From: an uncultured delta proteobacterium
Lineage (GTDB): Bacteria > Desulfobacterota > Desulfomonilia > Desulfomonilales > Desulfomonilaceae
Direction of reading: 5' to 3'
Length of the DNA stretch: 64,000 nt
NCBI GenBank assembly: GCA_963789265.1
Contig: CAWBKB010000003.1
Coordinates: 384,001 to 448,000, forward strand
This document shows positions 61,475 through 64,000 of the stretch, piece by piece. How positions within the stretch are numbered: the first letter of the stretch is position 1; each line of letters begins with the position of its first letter. The notes beneath the pieces are model-generated. The model ran no database searches, was not told the DNA's origin, and worked only from the letters and a program-made list of their open reading frames with translations. The translations under genes were made by a program, and so were the position numbers.

Positions 61475-62785
61475 ATGGATTTATTCAAGAACGCAATTAC
61501 AACCGTTTCAGAGGGGCCGCTTGCGGACAGAATGCGTCCTGACGACCTTGCCGATTTCGTGGGCCAAGATGCCTTACTTGGATCGGGGAAGATACTCAGA
61601 CGGGCAATAGAGGAAGACCGTCTCTTCTCTATGCTCTTCTGGGGTCCACCGGGGTCCGGGAAGACTACACTTGCCAAGATTATCGCCGGTAAATCTCAAT
61701 CCCGCTTCGTTCCTTATTCTGCTGTGACGGCAGGTGTCAAGGACATAAAGGAGGTTGCGACCAGAGCCAAGGAAGATCTTGAGCATTCCGGAGTCAGGAC
61801 CATTCTTTTTCTCGATGAAATTCACCGGTTCAACAAGGGGCAACAGGACTATTTGCTCCCTCACGTTGAACATGGGACTCTCATTCTTATTGGCGCCACA
61901 ACCGAAAACCCGAGCTTTGAAGTCAATTCGGCGCTTTTGTCGAGGCTGAGAGTATTTGTGCTCCAGTCCCTTCCTCCCGAGGCTGTAACGGCAATACTAG
62001 ACCGTGCCTTGAAAGATCCTGAGCGTGGTCTGGGAAAGCTGGAAGTGGATTGCGAATCGACTGCTGTTGATTTAATTGTCTCGCTGGCGGGTGGCGACGC
62101 AAGATCTGCTCTCAACATCCTGGAGTTGGCTGCTCTGGAGGCGCAAAAGAACCCCGGCCGAAGGATCGACTCGGACATAGTCCAGGAAGCGGCTCAAAAA
62201 CGTAGCCTCTTGTACGACAAAGCCGGCGAAGAACATTACAATCTGATCAGTGCACTGCACAAGTCCCTGAGAGATAGCGACCCGGACGCGGGCCTTTACT
62301 GGATGGGCCGGATGATCGAGGGAGGCGAAGATCCACTGTACATCGCGCGGCGCCTGGTGCGCTTTGCCAGCGAAGACGTGGGATTGGCCTCGCCCCGGGC
62401 TCTGGAACAGGCCGTGGCCGCGTTTCAGGCGTGCCGCTTTATCGGGCTCCCGGAGTGTGTGCTCGCTCTTGCGCAGGCTGTGGTGTTTCTCGCCACCGCA
62501 CCGAAATCCAACTCTCTGGAGGCCGCGTACATTGCGGTAAAGGAGGAAATAGCCAAATCAGGCCATCTTCCGGTTCCTTTGCACCTCCGCAACGCGCCCA
62601 CACGCTTGATGAAGCAGTTGGGCTACGGCAAAGGATATCGTTATGCCCACGATTATCCCGGCGCGAAAGTGGAACAGAAACATCTGCCTGAGCCCATACG
62701 GGGAAAACGTTTTTACCATCCCACTGGCAGAGGCTTTGAACAGACAATTAGAGAGCGGATGAATAATGAAGAGTCGGACAAGTAG
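61475..62785 (+). CDS. rarA: Replication-associated recombination protein A (MgsA/RarA)
   Basis: PLADRMRP, WGPPGSGKTT, DEIHRFNK, GATTENPSF, SALHKSLR, HLRNAPT. Confidence 0.96.
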   Translation: MDLFKNAITTVSEGPLADRMRPDDLADFVGQDALLGSGKILRRAIEEDRLFSMLFWGPPGSGKTTLAKIIAGKSQSRFVPYSAVTAGVKDIKEVATRAKEDLEHSGVRTILFLDEIHRFNKGQQDYLLPHVEHGTLILIGATTENPSFEVNSALLSRLRVFVLQSLPPEAVTAILDRALKDPERGLGKLEVDCESTAVDLIVSLAGGDARSALNILELAALEAQKNPGRRIDSDIVQEAAQKRSLLYDKAGEEHYNLISALHKSLRDSDPDAGLYWMGRMIEGGEDPLYIARRLVRFASEDVGLASPRALEQAVAAFQACRFIGLPECVLALAQAVVFLATAPKSNSLEAAYIAVKEEIAKSGHLPVPLHLRNAPTRLMKQLGYGKGYRYAHDYPGAKVEQKHLPEPIRGKRFYHPTGRGFEQTIRERMNNEESDK

Positions 62786-62799
62786 CTCTCATGTGCAGG

Positions 62800-64000
62800 C
62801 TATTTCAAGCTGTCGATGAGTTCCTGTGTAATGACTTTCTTTTCACGTATGTAATTGATAAGCAGATCCGTGACGCGGAGTCCGGATTTTTGGATTTCTT
62901 TCCCGTTATTTTTGACAATGGTGTACCCATCGCCGCCCGCCGTCAAGAAATCGGTGGTTGCCGCCGAGTAAAGTTTGGTCGGGTTAAAGGGCTCTCCTCG
63001 AATCTCGTCGATTCTAACCTTGTTACCGTCAATCGTGTATGTGAGACCGTAAGTCTGGAGCTTGCCGCCGCTACCCGGCTCCATTTCCGCACTTCTCTGG
63101 AGCACAGCGAGGATGTCCCCGCCTGTAAGGTTCATCTTCACAATGGTGTCAGGGAAAGGGAGGACTGTGTACACATCGTTTAGCGTAATGTTCCCTTCCT
63201 TGATGCTCCCTCGTATTGCACCGCCATTGATTATCGCGATATCCGACCGCGAACCTTCCGCCATATTGTAGCTTATGAGCTTACCGAGATTCGTCTCCTT
63301 GTCCGATCTGACAGCGCTGCGGGTGCCCTTGAGGAAAACTTCCGTCTTGCCGATCACTTCGTTCAAATGAGAATCCATCTTGGCCTTGTATTCCGAAATT
63401 ATGGACGAAATTTCCGGATCCTCTTTGATCGCTGACGTCAACTTGATCAATTTTCCCTTATACTCCGTTATCTTCCCATCCATGACATCCAGATCCAGTT
63501 CCCCCACATAGCGTGCGTACGCGCCCGCTTGCACGATGATGGTTTTGTCAACCTTCAGTGGCTTCGGGATGGTAGTGTGAGAATGTCCTCCGACGATGAC
63601 GGCAATTCCGGGGCAGGCCTCGGCCAATTGCTTGTCCTCATTTATTCCGATGTGGGTCATCGCAATTACGAGGTCCTTGTTATTGACCCGCTCGAGGACT
63701 TCCTTTGAAGTGGAAATAGGATCGTCAAAAACCAGCCCTTTTACGTTGTCAGGATGTGTCATCAAGGGCGTCTGGGCAGTGGTGAGGCCGAAAATTACAA
63801 TCTTTATGTTGGATTCGGGGTATTTCTTTTCCAGAGTGCTCTGGAAGAGATTTGAGCCTGAAGCAGTCTTAATGTTCGCGCTGAGAAGCGGAAATTTCAT
63901 AAGCGGCTTTAGCGTGTCCAAGAGGTTATTCGGTCCGTAGTCGAACTCGTGATTGCCGACAGTCATGGCGGTGAATTTCATCTTGTTCATCAGCGTTACG
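62800..64000 (-). CDS. Bifunctional metallophosphatase / 5'-nucleotidase (5' end outside window)
   Basis: GNHEFDYG, THIG, GGHSHT, NGGAIRG, FLTAGGDGY. Confidence 0.92.
   Translation of the reverse strand, partial: VTLMNKMKFTAMTVGNHEFDYGPNNLLDTLKPLMKFPLLSANIKTASGSNLFQSTLEKKYPESNIKIVIFGLTTAQTPLMTHPDNVKGLVFDDPISTSKEVLERVNNKDLVIAMTHIGINEDKQLAEACPGIAVIVGGHSHTTIPKPLKVDKTIIVQAGAYARYVGELDLDVMDGKITEYKGKLIKLTSAIKEDPEISSIISEYKAKMDSHLNEVIGKTEVFLKGTRSAVRSDKETNLGKLISYNMAEGSRSDIAIINGGAIRGSIKEGNITLNDVYTVLPFPDTIVKMNLTGGDILAVLQRSAEMEPGSGGKLQTYGLTYTIDGNKVRIDEIRGEPFNPTKLYSAATTDFLTAGGDGYTIVKNNGKEIQKSGLRVTDLLINYIREKKVITQELIDSLK

Overview
Mostly core chromosome of an anaerobic Gram-negative bacterium; the gene content (CooC-type ATPase, core MetE-like enzyme, selenoprotein) suggests Desulfobacterota, possibly Desulfomonile-like (inference). 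Recognisable genes: tRNA-Ala(GGC) with an adjacent vapBC module, cvpA, rph, a full tolQRAB-pal-ybgF operon, M23 and S41 peptidases, a radical SAM protein, a surface-glycan locus (two wecB, flippase, CapK/PaaK-like ligase, glycosyltransferases), eno, recN, nadK, rarA and a partial 5'-nucleotidase. Not visible in the ORF track: (1) a thioredoxin-fold selenoprotein with in-frame UGA (UxxC) and a clear SECIS hairpin; (2) two paralogous small four-Cys proteins (WLD..C..KGRW..C..PCxxC); (3) an SH3-TM-TPR-pseudokinase; (4) a co-oriented cluster of mostly exported hydrolases, with an NlpC/P60-like protein and paired Ser- versus Cys-nucleophile alpha/beta-hydrolases; (5) exported Cys/Pro-pentapeptide and Q/Y/N/P tandem-repeat proteins; (6) an sRNA candidate; (7) a TCCCGCG-Nx-CGCGGGA mini-hairpin lodged inside several unrelated repeat families. 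Several 1-2 bp frameshifts in simple repeats suggest sequencing errors. All family assignments come from reading motifs by eye; no database searches were run.
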